A stretch of DNA of 64,000 nt from an uncultured Methanobrevibacter sp. (GCF_900314615.1 NZ_OMWA01000011.1:9770-73769), one strand, 5' to 3'; positions 30,797 to 40,027 are shown, counted from the stretch's first letter. Made by a program: numbers and translations. Notes: generated from the sequence alone by a model not told the origin.

Positions 30797-30886
30797 ATGG
30801 GTGATGAAAAATTGAGATGCATTGCAGCAGTCCTAATGTTTGTGACAGCATTAATTCAACTGCTGAAATGCCTATTATGGGGTTAA
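30797..30886 (+). CDS. 29-aa hydrophobic peptide MGDEKLRCIAAVLMFVTALIQLLKCLLWG
   Basis: SD aggaggtga 7 nt upstream; single TM helix; stop codon lies in the loop of a 10-bp hairpin. Confidence 0.6.
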   Translation: MGDEKLRCIAAVLMFVTALIQLLKCLLWG

Positions 30887-30898
30887 TTCCCCATAATA
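30873..30898 (+). other. Perfect 10-bp hairpin enclosing the peptide stop codon
   Basis: tattatgggg-ttaatt-ccccataata. Confidence 0.75.
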
Positions 30899-30966
30899 CT
30901 TACTCATATTTTTCTAATCCAATAGTATATAATACTTCCTATAATCTCTTTTAAAAAGGTAGGGTC

Positions 30967-31095
30967 ATGTTCAAAATACTGTTAATAATTATCCAAATTA
31001 TATTGAGTCTAGCTATAATATATATGGGATACAAGAACCGAGATGGGCTCAGCATATTCATTGGCATCTGCTTGATAGTTATTTCAATATTATAA
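30967..31095 (+). CDS. 42-aa two-TM peptide MFKILLIIIQIILSLAIIYMGYKNRDGLSIFIGICLIVISIL
   Basis: Purine-rich aaggtaggg before ATG; helix-loop-helix hydrophobic pattern. Confidence 0.55.
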   Translation: MFKILLIIIQIILSLAIIYMGYKNRDGLSIFIGICLIVISIL

Positions 31096-31139
31096 TCTAA
31101 AAAAAGGGGAATAATGAAAATACTTGTGGAAAATCTTAT

Positions 31140-31424
31140 GTGGTAATGAGGTATATAATATATACAATAACCAAAGTAAGTTCTTCAAACCAGATTGAAG
31201 TTCCCCTATATTTTAGTAAACATTATGGTATTGTTGCAGGTGATGAAATTTCATGGACAAACACAGAATGGGGGGGGATACTATTGAAAATTGAAAAGAA
31301 AGTCACTGAAGATGACATAATTGGATTAATAAAAAGTGAATTGCCATACAACTGTGTTGAAATTAAAAAGAGGGGATCAAAAGGATTGAAATGGGATAAC
31401 TTGAGATTTGCAGATATCTCTTAA
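31140..31424 (+). CDS. AbrB/MazE/SpoVT-like DNA-binding protein (antitoxin-like)
   Basis: TKVSSSNQIEVPLYFSKHYGIVAGDEISW fits the AbrB fold pattern. Confidence 0.65.
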   Translation: MVMRYIIYTITKVSSSNQIEVPLYFSKHYGIVAGDEISWTNTEWGGILLKIEKKVTEDDIIGLIKSELPYNCVEIKKRGSKGLKWDNLRFADIS

Positions 31425-31636
31425 TATTGCATCATGATTGAAAAGATCAAATCAAATAATGTTGTCCGGTCACTTCAAAAATTAAAATCAGAAGATAAAA
31501 CAATCTTTGAACCAATGTTGTTTAAAAAATACGATTATTTGATTTAAGGTTGTAACATTTCCAACCCTCAGGTTAATTTTTTTCATACATAATCTAAAAG
31601 AGGAAATTATCTCCATCTGCATTAATGAAGTGAATG

Positions 31637-31779
31637 TGGTTGATGATTAAGCTATTTTTTGGTTGATGATTAATTTTTTTAAATTCCTTAAACTGCTTGT
31701 TTTTTAATTATAAGCATTTTAATTCAAAATAAAAAATTGGTGTTGGTTGATGATTAAGGTTGATGATTAGTGTTTTGAA
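31637..31779. repeat. 143-bp direct repeat, copy 1 (downstream of fic), with four GGTTGATGATTA boxes
   Basis: Boxes at 31638, 31661, 31745, 31758; near-identical to 32841-32983. Confidence 0.95.
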
Positions 31780-31783
31780 AAAT

Positions 31784-32803
31784 TCATGCTAATGTATATT
31801 TTGTAGTTCTGCCTCTTCCAGTACTTTTTATTAACTTTTTATTTTTTAATTTTTGAATAATCTTATAACTGGCCTGCGGAGAGATATTCAACATCTTTTG
31901 GATATCTTTGTTCTGAATAATTTCTTTTTCTTCAAGAAGGTTTAATACTGAAATTTCATTTGGAGTCAATTCGATGGTTCTGTCATATCTTGATGTGATT
32001 TTGGACAGATTTAATACTTCTGATTTGACTTGATCAATTGAATATAATACTCCCTGACAAAAATATTCTAACCAGTTTGTTAAATCGTTGTTTTTGTCTG
32101 CACTGTTCAGCGCAGCAGTGTATGCCTGTCTGTCCTGATTGTAATATTCATCTAAAGTGAAATAGTTATTGATGTTAAATCTGTGGATGGATAAGATTAA
32201 TGTTGCCATTAGTCTGCTGGTACGGCCGTTCCCATCAATGAACGGGTGGATGCGCACTAATTCATAATGGAGAATTCCTGCGATGATGACGGGATACAGT
32301 TCAGCTGTTGAATTGTTCAGCCAGTCCAATAATTCGTCAATTAGGTAGGGTACTTTGTATGAGTCCGGGGGCACATAATTTACCTCTCCGGTATGGGGAT
32401 TGCCAATGACTACTGGAGTATCTCTGAATTTGCCTTCATATTTGCAATCTCTTAACAAGTCTTTTGTCAAATCCTTATGCACAGACAAAATTGTGTCTTT
32501 TGTAATGATTTCATCGGAATAGTCATTTAAATGATTCAATACATTGAAATAATTCAATACTTCCTGTTCTGCTTTTGTAGTTGGTTTTTGATTGTTATTA
32601 ATTAATGTTTTTACTTCATCTAAATTTAATGGATTTCCTTCAATTGATGTTGAATAGTGTGAAGACTTAATGAGGGCGTCCTGTTTTAATTGAGTATCGT
32701 ATGATGGGATTATTTTTGTATGGCTAATGACTTCTTTAGCTGAAGCGATTTTTGCAATATAATTAACGATTTTGTTTGTAAAGGTAAATTTTGGTTCATA
32801 CAT
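31784..32803 (-). CDS. Fic family protein (class II) with C-terminal winged HTH
   Basis: HPFIDGNGRTSR catalytic motif; STSIEGN inhibitory motif; C-terminal SPQASYKIIQKL..KSTGRGRTTKY. Confidence 0.95.
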   Translation of the reverse strand: MYEPKFTFTNKIVNYIAKIASAKEVISHTKIIPSYDTQLKQDALIKSSHYSTSIEGNPLNLDEVKTLINNNQKPTTKAEQEVLNYFNVLNHLNDYSDEIITKDTILSVHKDLTKDLLRDCKYEGKFRDTPVVIGNPHTGEVNYVPPDSYKVPYLIDELLDWLNNSTAELYPVIIAGILHYELVRIHPFIDGNGRTSRLMATLILSIHRFNINNYFTLDEYYNQDRQAYTAALNSADKNNDLTNWLEYFCQGVLYSIDQVKSEVLNLSKITSRYDRTIELTPNEISVLNLLEEKEIIQNKDIQKMLNISPQASYKIIQKLKNKKLIKSTGRGRTTKYTLA

Positions 32804-32840
32804 AATATCAGCTTATTTTTCTTAATTGTTACTATGTATA

Positions 32841-32983
32841 TGGTTGATGATTAAGTTATTTTTTGGTTGATGATTAATTTTTTTAAATTCTTTAAACTGC
32901 TTGTTTTTTAATTTTAAGCATTTTAATTCAAAATAAAAAATTGGTGTTGGTTGATGATTAAGGTTGATGATTAGTGTTTTGAA
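32841..32983. repeat. 143-bp direct repeat, copy 2 (upstream of fic)
   Basis: Boxes at 32842, 32865, 32949, 32962, same spacing as copy 1. Confidence 0.95.
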
Positions 32984-33106
32984 TTCACAGTTAAACTCGG
33001 CAATTGCATATGCAATTTTCAGGATTGCAAAACACCTAAAATTTCACTGCCCGATATGAAATAAGCTTAAACTTTTATATGCTAGGTTTGATAAACATTA
33101 CATACA

Positions 33107-33817
33107 ATGAATCGATCTGTTAAAATTTTACTTGTAATGCTTATTTTGCTTGTTGCTTTTGCAGCAATAATAACTTTAACACAAGATAAGGACCCGTTTT
33201 TAAATGAAAATACAACAATTCTTGGAAGCAACTCCAACGGTACAGTCTACAAGATGGTGTGCGGAAACAATTCGTCTTCAGATACTGCTATCGTGATACT
33301 GGGAGTTCACAGCCTTGAAAGCGGAATTCACAACGCTACCTATGAGGCATTATTGAATTTCACCCATGACAATTCCCTAAATAGAAAATACATTGTTTAC
33401 TTTATCCAGCTAAACTTCAAGGACAGCGGAATGAACACAAGCGACTATGATACCAACAGACATATGGGTGAGCTTCTGGCACATGACTATATCGTTCCGG
33501 ACATTGAAAACTATAATCCTTACGTTGTAGTTGACGTTCATGAGATGGAAAGCTACTGGGACCTCCAGAGATATGTGGGAGTCCTTGACAACAAGTCCGA
33601 TGTGGAAAGGGAGTATGCAAAAGAAATCGGAAGTAACATAAACTATCCTGTGTATCCAATCAGAGGTGGAACTTCACCTGAATGGGTTACAATACCGGTT
33701 TCCCAAAAGCATCACAATACAATTCTCTTTGAAACCGCACAAAGCGACACACAGTACAACAAGACTCTCACTGCTATCGAATTGGTCAGGGCCATTGACC
33801 GTCTGACAGTCTATTGA
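33107..33817 (+). CDS. Membrane-anchored/secreted protein with M14-like Zn-peptidase motifs
   Basis: N-terminal hydrophobic signal; LGVHSLE (HxxE) and VDVHE. Confidence 0.55.
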   Translation: MNRSVKILLVMLILLVAFAAIITLTQDKDPFLNENTTILGSNSNGTVYKMVCGNNSSSDTAIVILGVHSLESGIHNATYEALLNFTHDNSLNRKYIVYFIQLNFKDSGMNTSDYDTNRHMGELLAHDYIVPDIENYNPYVVVDVHEMESYWDLQRYVGVLDNKSDVEREYAKEIGSNINYPVYPIRGGTSPEWVTIPVSQKHHNTILFETAQSDTQYNKTLTAIELVRAIDRLTVY

Positions 33818-33879
33818 ACCGTAATGTGATGAAATTCAGTGTTAAAAGCAGAACTATTGGTCGTTAATGTCAAATGAGG

Positions 33880-34044
33880 TTATTTTGCAAGGGTTTTTTC
33901 GACGAAATCCTTGCTGACATTTAGTGTTTCAATTATTTCGTTAATTGTGCATCCGTGGTTTTTAAGGTTGATTATTATTTTTTCATTGTTTTCATTTATT
34001 TTGTCTTGTGCGTATTCTTGTGCGTATTCTTCTACATTTTTCAT
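33880..34044 (-). CDS. Stand-alone copy of the Rpn C-terminal module (cassette 3, 54 aa)
   Basis: gtaggtggaaacATG; MKNVEEYAQEYAQDKINENNEKIIINLKNHGCTINEIIETLNVSKDFVEKTLAK then TAA. Confidence 0.65.
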   Translation of the reverse strand: MKNVEEYAQEYAQDKINENNEKIIINLKNHGCTINEIIETLNVSKDFVEKTLAK

Positions 34045-34097
34045 GTTTCCACCTACTATGTTGGTTATTCTTTTTCTTAGCATGAATTTTGTTGATA

Positions 34098-34352
34098 TTA
34101 TTGGTAGTATTTGTTTTTGGTGAATTGTGTATTGTTCTTTGTGGATTTTGATGTTGGTTTTTTTTGGGAGTCAAGGGATTTCGCAAGTGTTTTTTCGACG
34201 AAATCCTTGCTGACATTTAGTGTTTCAATTATTTCGTTTATTGTGAATCCTTTGTTTTTAAGGTTGATTATTATTTTTTCAGTGTATTTATTTAGTTTGT
34301 CTTCTGCATAGTCTTGTGCATAGTCTTGTGCGTATTCTTCTACATTTTTCAT
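34098..34352 (-). CDS. Stand-alone copy of the Rpn C-terminal module (cassette 2), reading through into the linker (84 aa)
   Basis: Same SD/ATG context; three YAxD repeats; stop lost relative to the main gene. Confidence 0.55.
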   Translation of the reverse strand: MKNVEEYAQDYAQDYAEDKLNKYTEKIIINLKNKGFTINEIIETLNVSKDFVEKTLAKSLDSQKKPTSKSTKNNTQFTKNKYYQ

Positions 34353-34505
34353 GTTTCCACCTACTATGTTGGTTATTCTTTTTCTCAGCATGAATTTTGT
34401 TGATATTATTGGTAGTATTTGTTTTTGGTGAATTGTGTATTGTTCTTTGTGGATTTTGATGTTGGTTTTTTTTGGGAGTCAAGGGCAAGGGGTTTTTTTG
34501 TGATC

Positions 34506-35330
34506 TTATTTCGCAAGTGTTTTTTCGACGAAATCTCTGCTTCTTCCGGTTATTTTTAATATTTCTTCTATTGTGTGGCCGTGGTTTTTAAGGTTGATTA
34601 TTATTTTTTCATTGTTTTCATTAACTTTGTCTTTTGCATAGTCTTGTGCGTATTCTTCTACATTTTTCATGTTTCCACCTACTATGTTGGTTATTCTTTT
34701 TCTCAGCTTTTTGTCTTTGACGAATTTGTCGCATAGCATCAGGACGATTCCTTTGGCAAATTGTGCAATGTCATTTTTCAATCCTGATATATTGGTAATA
34801 AGTTCCGCTGAATCAAGAATGCTGGTTTCTATATCTTTTTCACTTTTCATGAAGCAAAATAAGCTTATCATGAGTAATTCCTTTTCAGTGAAGTGTTCAT
34901 CATGTTTTATTTTGGTGGTCATCTTATTTATAAGCTTGTCTTTGTCAATACTTTTTAAGGAATGGATATATATCGGAAAGCATGAATCCGGATTGATATT
35001 GTACCATTTTGTCTTTTCAAGTTCAACAGTACTTAAAACATGCACTTCAATCGGCTTTTTGGATTTGATTTTGACCTGGTCGATTATTGCGCTGTAGAAG
35101 CGAAATCTTCGTTTGTCGTTAACATCCACATAGCTGCTTTGAAATTCTAGAATTATTATTTTTTCTTCCAGCTCAAAAACAAGGTCCGGCTTGTACATTT
35201 TGGGATCTACAATTCCGTATTCTGTCTGATGCACTTCCACTATTTTTCCTTTGATATTCATGATTTCTATCAGTTCCTGCCCATATTTCTGGCCTTCAAT
35301 CTTAAAAATGGTGTCCTCGTGAAATTTCAT
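34506..35330 (-). CDS. Rpn/YhgA-like PD-(D/E)xK nuclease (putative transposase family)
   Basis: KPDLVFELEEKIIILEFQS (PD..ExQ), RFRFYSA; internal SD and ATG at 34670 defining a 54-aa C-terminal module. Confidence 0.75.
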   Translation of the reverse strand: MKFHEDTIFKIEGQKYGQELIEIMNIKGKIVEVHQTEYGIVDPKMYKPDLVFELEEKIIILEFQSSYVDVNDKRRFRFYSAIIDQVKIKSKKPIEVHVLSTVELEKTKWYNINPDSCFPIYIHSLKSIDKDKLINKMTTKIKHDEHFTEKELLMISLFCFMKSEKDIETSILDSAELITNISGLKNDIAQFAKGIVLMLCDKFVKDKKLRKRITNIVGGNMKNVEEYAQDYAKDKVNENNEKIIINLKNHGHTIEEILKITGRSRDFVEKTLAK

Positions 35331-35653
35331 ATGTTTTCACCTCTTTTAAATTTATTATTCTTTAATTTGATTTTTAAAGGTTATAAACCTTTTGATTTAA
35401 GTATAAATCAATATTATTAGGTTAATATAATAAAACAAGAACAAATAAATATTTATATGTAATTATAAATAATATTCATCAGAATCAATATTGATTTTTC
35501 AGAGGTGTTGGTCTGTCGGGGGATTGAATTGCATTTTCAAGTAAGTGTTTCACAAATGTGTGAGAAAATTTGAGGTTAAATTAGTCATTTCCGAAATTCT
35601 TTTATTAAATGATTTACATAAATATTTCCAGTTAAAACAATTTCGGTGAAAAA

Positions 35654-36826
35654 ATGAGTGAAGTATATAGAACTTTTACATCTGAATCCGTAACACAAGG
35701 ACACCCGGATAAAGTAGCAGACATCGTTTCAGATGCAATTTTGGATGCATACATGGCACAGGACCCTAATTCACACGTAGCATGTGAAACCTGTGTAACT
35801 ACCGATTTCTGTATGGTATTCGGTGAGATAACATCAGATGCAGACCTTGATAAGGATGATATTGAAAAAATCATAAGAGACACTATTATTGAAATAGGTT
35901 ACGATAATCCTGATTTGGAATTCGACGGCCACAAATGTGAAGTTGTAAACAGGCTCCACGCACAGTCTCAGGACATCAACCAGGGTGTTGACAGGGGAGA
36001 TGAAGAAACCGGTGCAGGAGACCAGGGTATGATGTTCGGTTTTGCAACAAACGAAACAGAATCTCTCATGCCGTTCCCGATTGATCTTGCAAGAAAACTT
36101 ACAAACAAACTTACCGAGTTAAGGGAATCCGGTGAAATCCCATACCTCAGACCTGACGGTAAAGCACAGGTATCAGTCAACTATGATGAGAACGGAAACG
36201 TTTTATCACTTGATGCAGTAGTTCTTTCAACCCAGCATGACGAAAGCGTTTCAGACGACCAGGAAAAACTCAAAGAGGACATCAGAGAAAAACTCTTCAA
36301 GGCAGTTATTCCTGAAGGACTCATGACTGAAAACACCAAAGAGCACATCAATCCGACAGGTAAATTCGAAATCGGAGGACCTCATGGTGACGCAGGTCTT
36401 ACCGGACGTAAGATTATTGTAGATACCTACGGAGGTTATGCAAGACACGGTGGAGGAGCATTTTCAGGAAAAGACTGTACCAAAGTGGACAGAAGCGCAT
36501 GTTACATGGCAAGATATATTGCTAAAAACATTGTAGCTTCAGGGCTTGCTGAGAAATGTGAAATCCAGCTTTCATATGCAATCGGTGTAGCAGAACCTAC
36601 TTCTGTAATGGTAGATACCTTTGGAACAGGTGTTGAAACCACCAAGAAAATGGAAGAAATCGTACGTGAAAACTTCAAATTGACTCCTGACGGAATTATT
36701 GAAACCCTTGACCTCAGACATACAGGATACAAACAGACTGCAAAATACGGTCACTTCGGTATTGAAGGTCTTCCATGGGAGAAAACCGACAAGGTTGACG
36801 ATTTGAAAAAATATATTAAAGAATAG
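35654..36826 (+). CDS. metK: S-adenosylmethionine synthetase, bacterial/eukaryotic type
   Basis: [49 protein letters not shown]. Confidence 0.97.
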   Translation: MSEVYRTFTSESVTQGHPDKVADIVSDAILDAYMAQDPNSHVACETCVTTDFCMVFGEITSDADLDKDDIEKIIRDTIIEIGYDNPDLEFDGHKCEVVNRLHAQSQDINQGVDRGDEETGAGDQGMMFGFATNETESLMPFPIDLARKLTNKLTELRESGEIPYLRPDGKAQVSVNYDENGNVLSLDAVVLSTQHDESVSDDQEKLKEDIREKLFKAVIPEGLMTENTKEHINPTGKFEIGGPHGDAGLTGRKIIVDTYGGYARHGGGAFSGKDCTKVDRSACYMARYIAKNIVASGLAEKCEIQLSYAIGVAEPTSVMVDTFGTGVETTKKMEEIVRENFKLTPDGIIETLDLRHTGYKQTAKYGHFGIEGLPWEKTDKVDDLKKYIKE

Positions 36827-36860
36827 CTCTTTGAGCTAATTTCTTATTTCTTTTTTTTTA
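36824..36860 (+). terminator. Hairpin plus T-tract after metK
   Basis: tagctc-ttt-gagcta followed by T-rich run. Confidence 0.55.
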
Positions 36861-37057
36861 AAATTCTAATGAATTGCTAAATTTTAATCTACATATTACA
36901 GTTAAAAAATCTCATTTTTAAATTATAGTCAACTTAAATTTACATTTACTTTTATTATATTAACAGTTGGTCAAAAAAATAGTATAATTATTAATCGTTT
37001 CTTTAACTATTTGCACACTAAAAATCATGTGACAAAAATAAAAAATTGGGGGAAATG

Positions 37058-38473
37058 TCATTTCCACCAGTCAAGTTTTTCCTCGTCAAGCCCTATTGAG
37101 CTTGCCTTAAACACGGGATTTTTTCCAGATTTCTTTTGAATTTCATAATCCTTCAGACAGTCAATTGCGGTTTTACCCATAATCGCACATGTTGGAAGGT
37201 TGATAAGTGTCATAAGGCCCATTGTAATGTCTGCCATCGCCCATGCAGCATCCATTGGGATTATCGCTCCCACAAATATGATTACGGTAGCCGCCAGGTA
37301 AAATATTCTCATGAATCTTTTTGATGGTTTTTGTTTTTTGTTGAGAAATGCCAGGGCGTTGTCCACATAGAAAAGGTTTCCAAGAAGTGTTGTGAATGCA
37401 AAAAGAACCATTGCAACGGTAATGTAAACCGGTCCTGCAGTTCCCATAACTGTTGAAAGCGCATTCTGCACATACGGTGCACCTGAAACTGCGGCATCTC
37501 TTGCAACTCCTGTTGAAAGACACATTAGTGCGGTAGCTGAACATATGAGAAGTGTATCAATATAAACTGATAAAGTCTGTACAAGTCCCTGTTTTGCAGG
37601 GTGTGAAACGCTTGCTGATGCTGATGCGTTTGGAGCTGAACCTACGCCAGCTTCATTTGAAAAGAGTCCTCTTTTAATTCCGTATACGAGACATGACCCT
37701 ACAAATCCTCCGGCGATTGACTGGAAATCAAAGGCATCCTGGAATATGATCATAATCATTGAAGGAATGTTTGCATAATTGATTAGAATGATTATAGCAG
37801 CGATTGCAACATAGATTATTCCCATTACAGGAACGATTGTACCTGTAACCTTAACGATTCTTTTGCCGCCGCCTAAAAGGCAGTATCCGGTCAGTATTGC
37901 AAGTATTGCGCCGATAATGATTGGGGTGGTGTTGGCATTGTAAAATGCATAGTCCATAAATGTTGACTGAAGATTGTATGAACATAACAGGTTGAATCCG
38001 ACTGCGTAGGTTGCAATCAGGAAAATACAAAAAAGAGCAGCAATTTTAGGTTTGTTCAAACCATGTTCGATATAGTATGCCGGACCTCCGTAGAACTGTC
38101 CGTTTTCATCTTTTCTTTTGTAAATTTGTGCTAAAGTACTTTCAATGAACGCTGAGGACGCTCCTATGATACACATAAGCCACATCCAGAAGCACGCCCC
38201 TGGTCCTCCGAGACATATTGCTGTTGAAACACCGATGATATTTCCGGTACCTACCCGTGAAGCGGTTGATACAAGCATTGCCTGCAGGGAAGATACGGAA
38301 TCGCTGTCGCCTGAAGGTTCTAAAAGAAGTCTTATTGACTCAAAAAGCATTCGAATCTGCACGCCTCTTGTACGTGCGGTAAAATAAAGGCCTGCTGCAG
38401 CCATTACAATAATCAGTAGCGGAAAGTACATAAAGTCATCAATCGTATTTAAAATAAAAACAATATCCAGCAT
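37058..38473 (-). CDS. Alanine/glycine:cation symporter (AgcS/AlsT family)
   Basis: STASRVGTGNIIGV, GGPGACFWMW, GIKRGLFSNEAGVGSAP. Confidence 0.93.
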   Translation of the reverse strand: MLDIVFILNTIDDFMYFPLLIIVMAAAGLYFTARTRGVQIRMLFESIRLLLEPSGDSDSVSSLQAMLVSTASRVGTGNIIGVSTAICLGGPGACFWMWLMCIIGASSAFIESTLAQIYKRKDENGQFYGGPAYYIEHGLNKPKIAALFCIFLIATYAVGFNLLCSYNLQSTFMDYAFYNANTTPIIIGAILAILTGYCLLGGGKRIVKVTGTIVPVMGIIYVAIAAIIILINYANIPSMIMIIFQDAFDFQSIAGGFVGSCLVYGIKRGLFSNEAGVGSAPNASASASVSHPAKQGLVQTLSVYIDTLLICSATALMCLSTGVARDAAVSGAPYVQNALSTVMGTAGPVYITVAMVLFAFTTLLGNLFYVDNALAFLNKKQKPSKRFMRIFYLAATVIIFVGAIIPMDAAWAMADITMGLMTLINLPTCAIMGKTAIDCLKDYEIQKKSGKNPVFKASSIGLDEEKLDWWK

Positions 38474-38680
38474 AATTTATCACTTTGTCTTGAATTTTCT
38501 CTCTCTATATATTGTTTATATTGGAGTTGATAGTATAATAAACTATACATTATCCTTCAAAACATGAGTAAAGCAAAAAAAGCTTTTAAAATTAAACACG
38601 GATAAAAAATTTAAGCAATAAATCTGATTGACTTTCATTAATGTAGTGATTTTTTAAAAAAAGTAAAAAAAAGAGATAAT

Positions 38681-39865
38681 TTAGTCATTTGCTAAATTAT
38701 CAAAGTATCCCTGAATGAATACGACAGGTGTTCCCTTATCACCGGAACCGCTTGTAAGATCACAAAGTGAACCGATTAAATCAGTCAGTCTTCTAGGTGT
38801 AGTTCCTTCTGTAATCATCTGGCCGGTAAGGTCCTTGTCTTTGGTTCTGATTTCCTCTTTGATTGCTTCTTTAAGCTCATCGCCTTTCAAATCAGCAAAT
38901 TTGTTGTCTGAAACATATTTGAGTTTGATTTCATTAGGTGTTCCGATTAGTCCTGATGTGTGTGCAGGGGATACTACCGGATCTGCCAGTTCCCAGATTT
39001 TTCCGACAGGGTCCTTGAATGCTCCGTCACCGTAAACCATAACTTCAATCTGTTTGCCGGTAAGCTCAATCAGTCTTTTTTGAACTTCGTTTACGAGCTC
39101 ATCGCCTGTTTTCGGGAAGAGTTTGAGTTTTTCTTCGGTTGCCTTGTTTGAACCGAGAAGTCCGTATTCAGGGTTGAATCCTGAATCTCCAACAGGTTCA
39201 GTTAAGACCTGGTGCATTCCGTATACGTTTGCTCCAAGGCTTTTGAGCAGTTTTGTGGTTTTTTCTCTTGTGTGAATGTCACAGCTTAAAACATCATTGG
39301 TGTAATCGAGAATTGTTTTGACATCGTTTGAAAATACGAATTCAACTTCACAGTCTTCGCTTTCAATAAGTTCACGGTAAAAATCAATCATGTTGATTCC
39401 GGTAAACGGATGTATCCATGAACCGAAAGTTTCTTCGTATTCGCTTTCGGAAATAACGCTTGCAAGATTGTATTTACTTTCTTCTAAAATCTCTTCATCT
39501 AAAATACCGTTTCCAACTTCATCTGATGGAAATGAGGTTAAAAGAGTAATCTTGTCCATTCCTCTTGCAATACCTTTAAGTACAATAGAAAATCTGTTCC
39601 TGCTTAAAATCGGATTGACTACACCGATTTTTTTGGATGGGAATTTTTTCACTAAATCTGCAGCGACATCGTCTACAGTTACGTAATTTCCTTCTGAAAT
39701 TCCAACAACAGCTTCGGTTATTGCAACAACGTCCTTGTCTCTGAATTCAAATCCTTCGCTTTCCTTTGCAGCCATAAGTGAATCTACAACTATGGTTGCT
39801 AAATCATCGTCTTTTTTAATAATTGGTGTTCTTATTCCACGTACTACAGTACCAACACATCTCAT
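38681..39865 (-). CDS. Coenzyme F420-0:gamma-glutamyl ligase family protein
   Basis: VRGIRTPIIKKDDDLA, DKDVVAITE, GTTPRRLTDLIGSLCDLTSGSGDKGTPVVFIQGY. Confidence 0.8.
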   Translation of the reverse strand: MRCVGTVVRGIRTPIIKKDDDLATIVVDSLMAAKESEGFEFRDKDVVAITEAVVGISEGNYVTVDDVAADLVKKFPSKKIGVVNPILSRNRFSIVLKGIARGMDKITLLTSFPSDEVGNGILDEEILEESKYNLASVISESEYEETFGSWIHPFTGINMIDFYRELIESEDCEVEFVFSNDVKTILDYTNDVLSCDIHTREKTTKLLKSLGANVYGMHQVLTEPVGDSGFNPEYGLLGSNKATEEKLKLFPKTGDELVNEVQKRLIELTGKQIEVMVYGDGAFKDPVGKIWELADPVVSPAHTSGLIGTPNEIKLKYVSDNKFADLKGDELKEAIKEEIRTKDKDLTGQMITEGTTPRRLTDLIGSLCDLTSGSGDKGTPVVFIQGYFDNLAND

Positions 39866-40027
39866 TTTTCTTGCTCCTAACTCATAGGTCGGATTAAAAT
39901 AAGTAACCCAATAACTTTATATCATTCCATATATTTATAGTTAAAGTATGATTTAATGATTTGATTCATCTAAAATTTTAAATATTTTTTAAGACAAATT
40001 AATCTTTATCTTATTTTTTGGTGATAT

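Larger units (their letters stand above)
33880..34707 (-). repeat. Tandem repeat of Rpn 3' end plus ~97-bp linker, period 308-318 bp
   Basis: Linker identical at 34081-34177 and 34389-34485; ~65-bp shared block ends at 34081, 34389 and 34707. Confidence 0.95.

Noticed and set aside
31638-32974. GGTTGATGATTA repeats as a CRISPR array
   Set aside because: Boxes are 12-13 nt, irregularly spaced, the intervening sequence is itself duplicated rather than unique, and no cas genes are present.
33992-34488. ORFs 33992-34216, 34288-34488, 33911-34123 and 34111-34311
   Set aside because: Alternative-frame or antisense products of the duplicated low-complexity linker; no independent SD or family signal.
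33880-34707. Rpn cassettes as a diversity-generating retroelement or invertase shufflon
   Set aside because: No reverse transcriptase or site-specific recombinase in the window, and all cassettes are in direct orientation.
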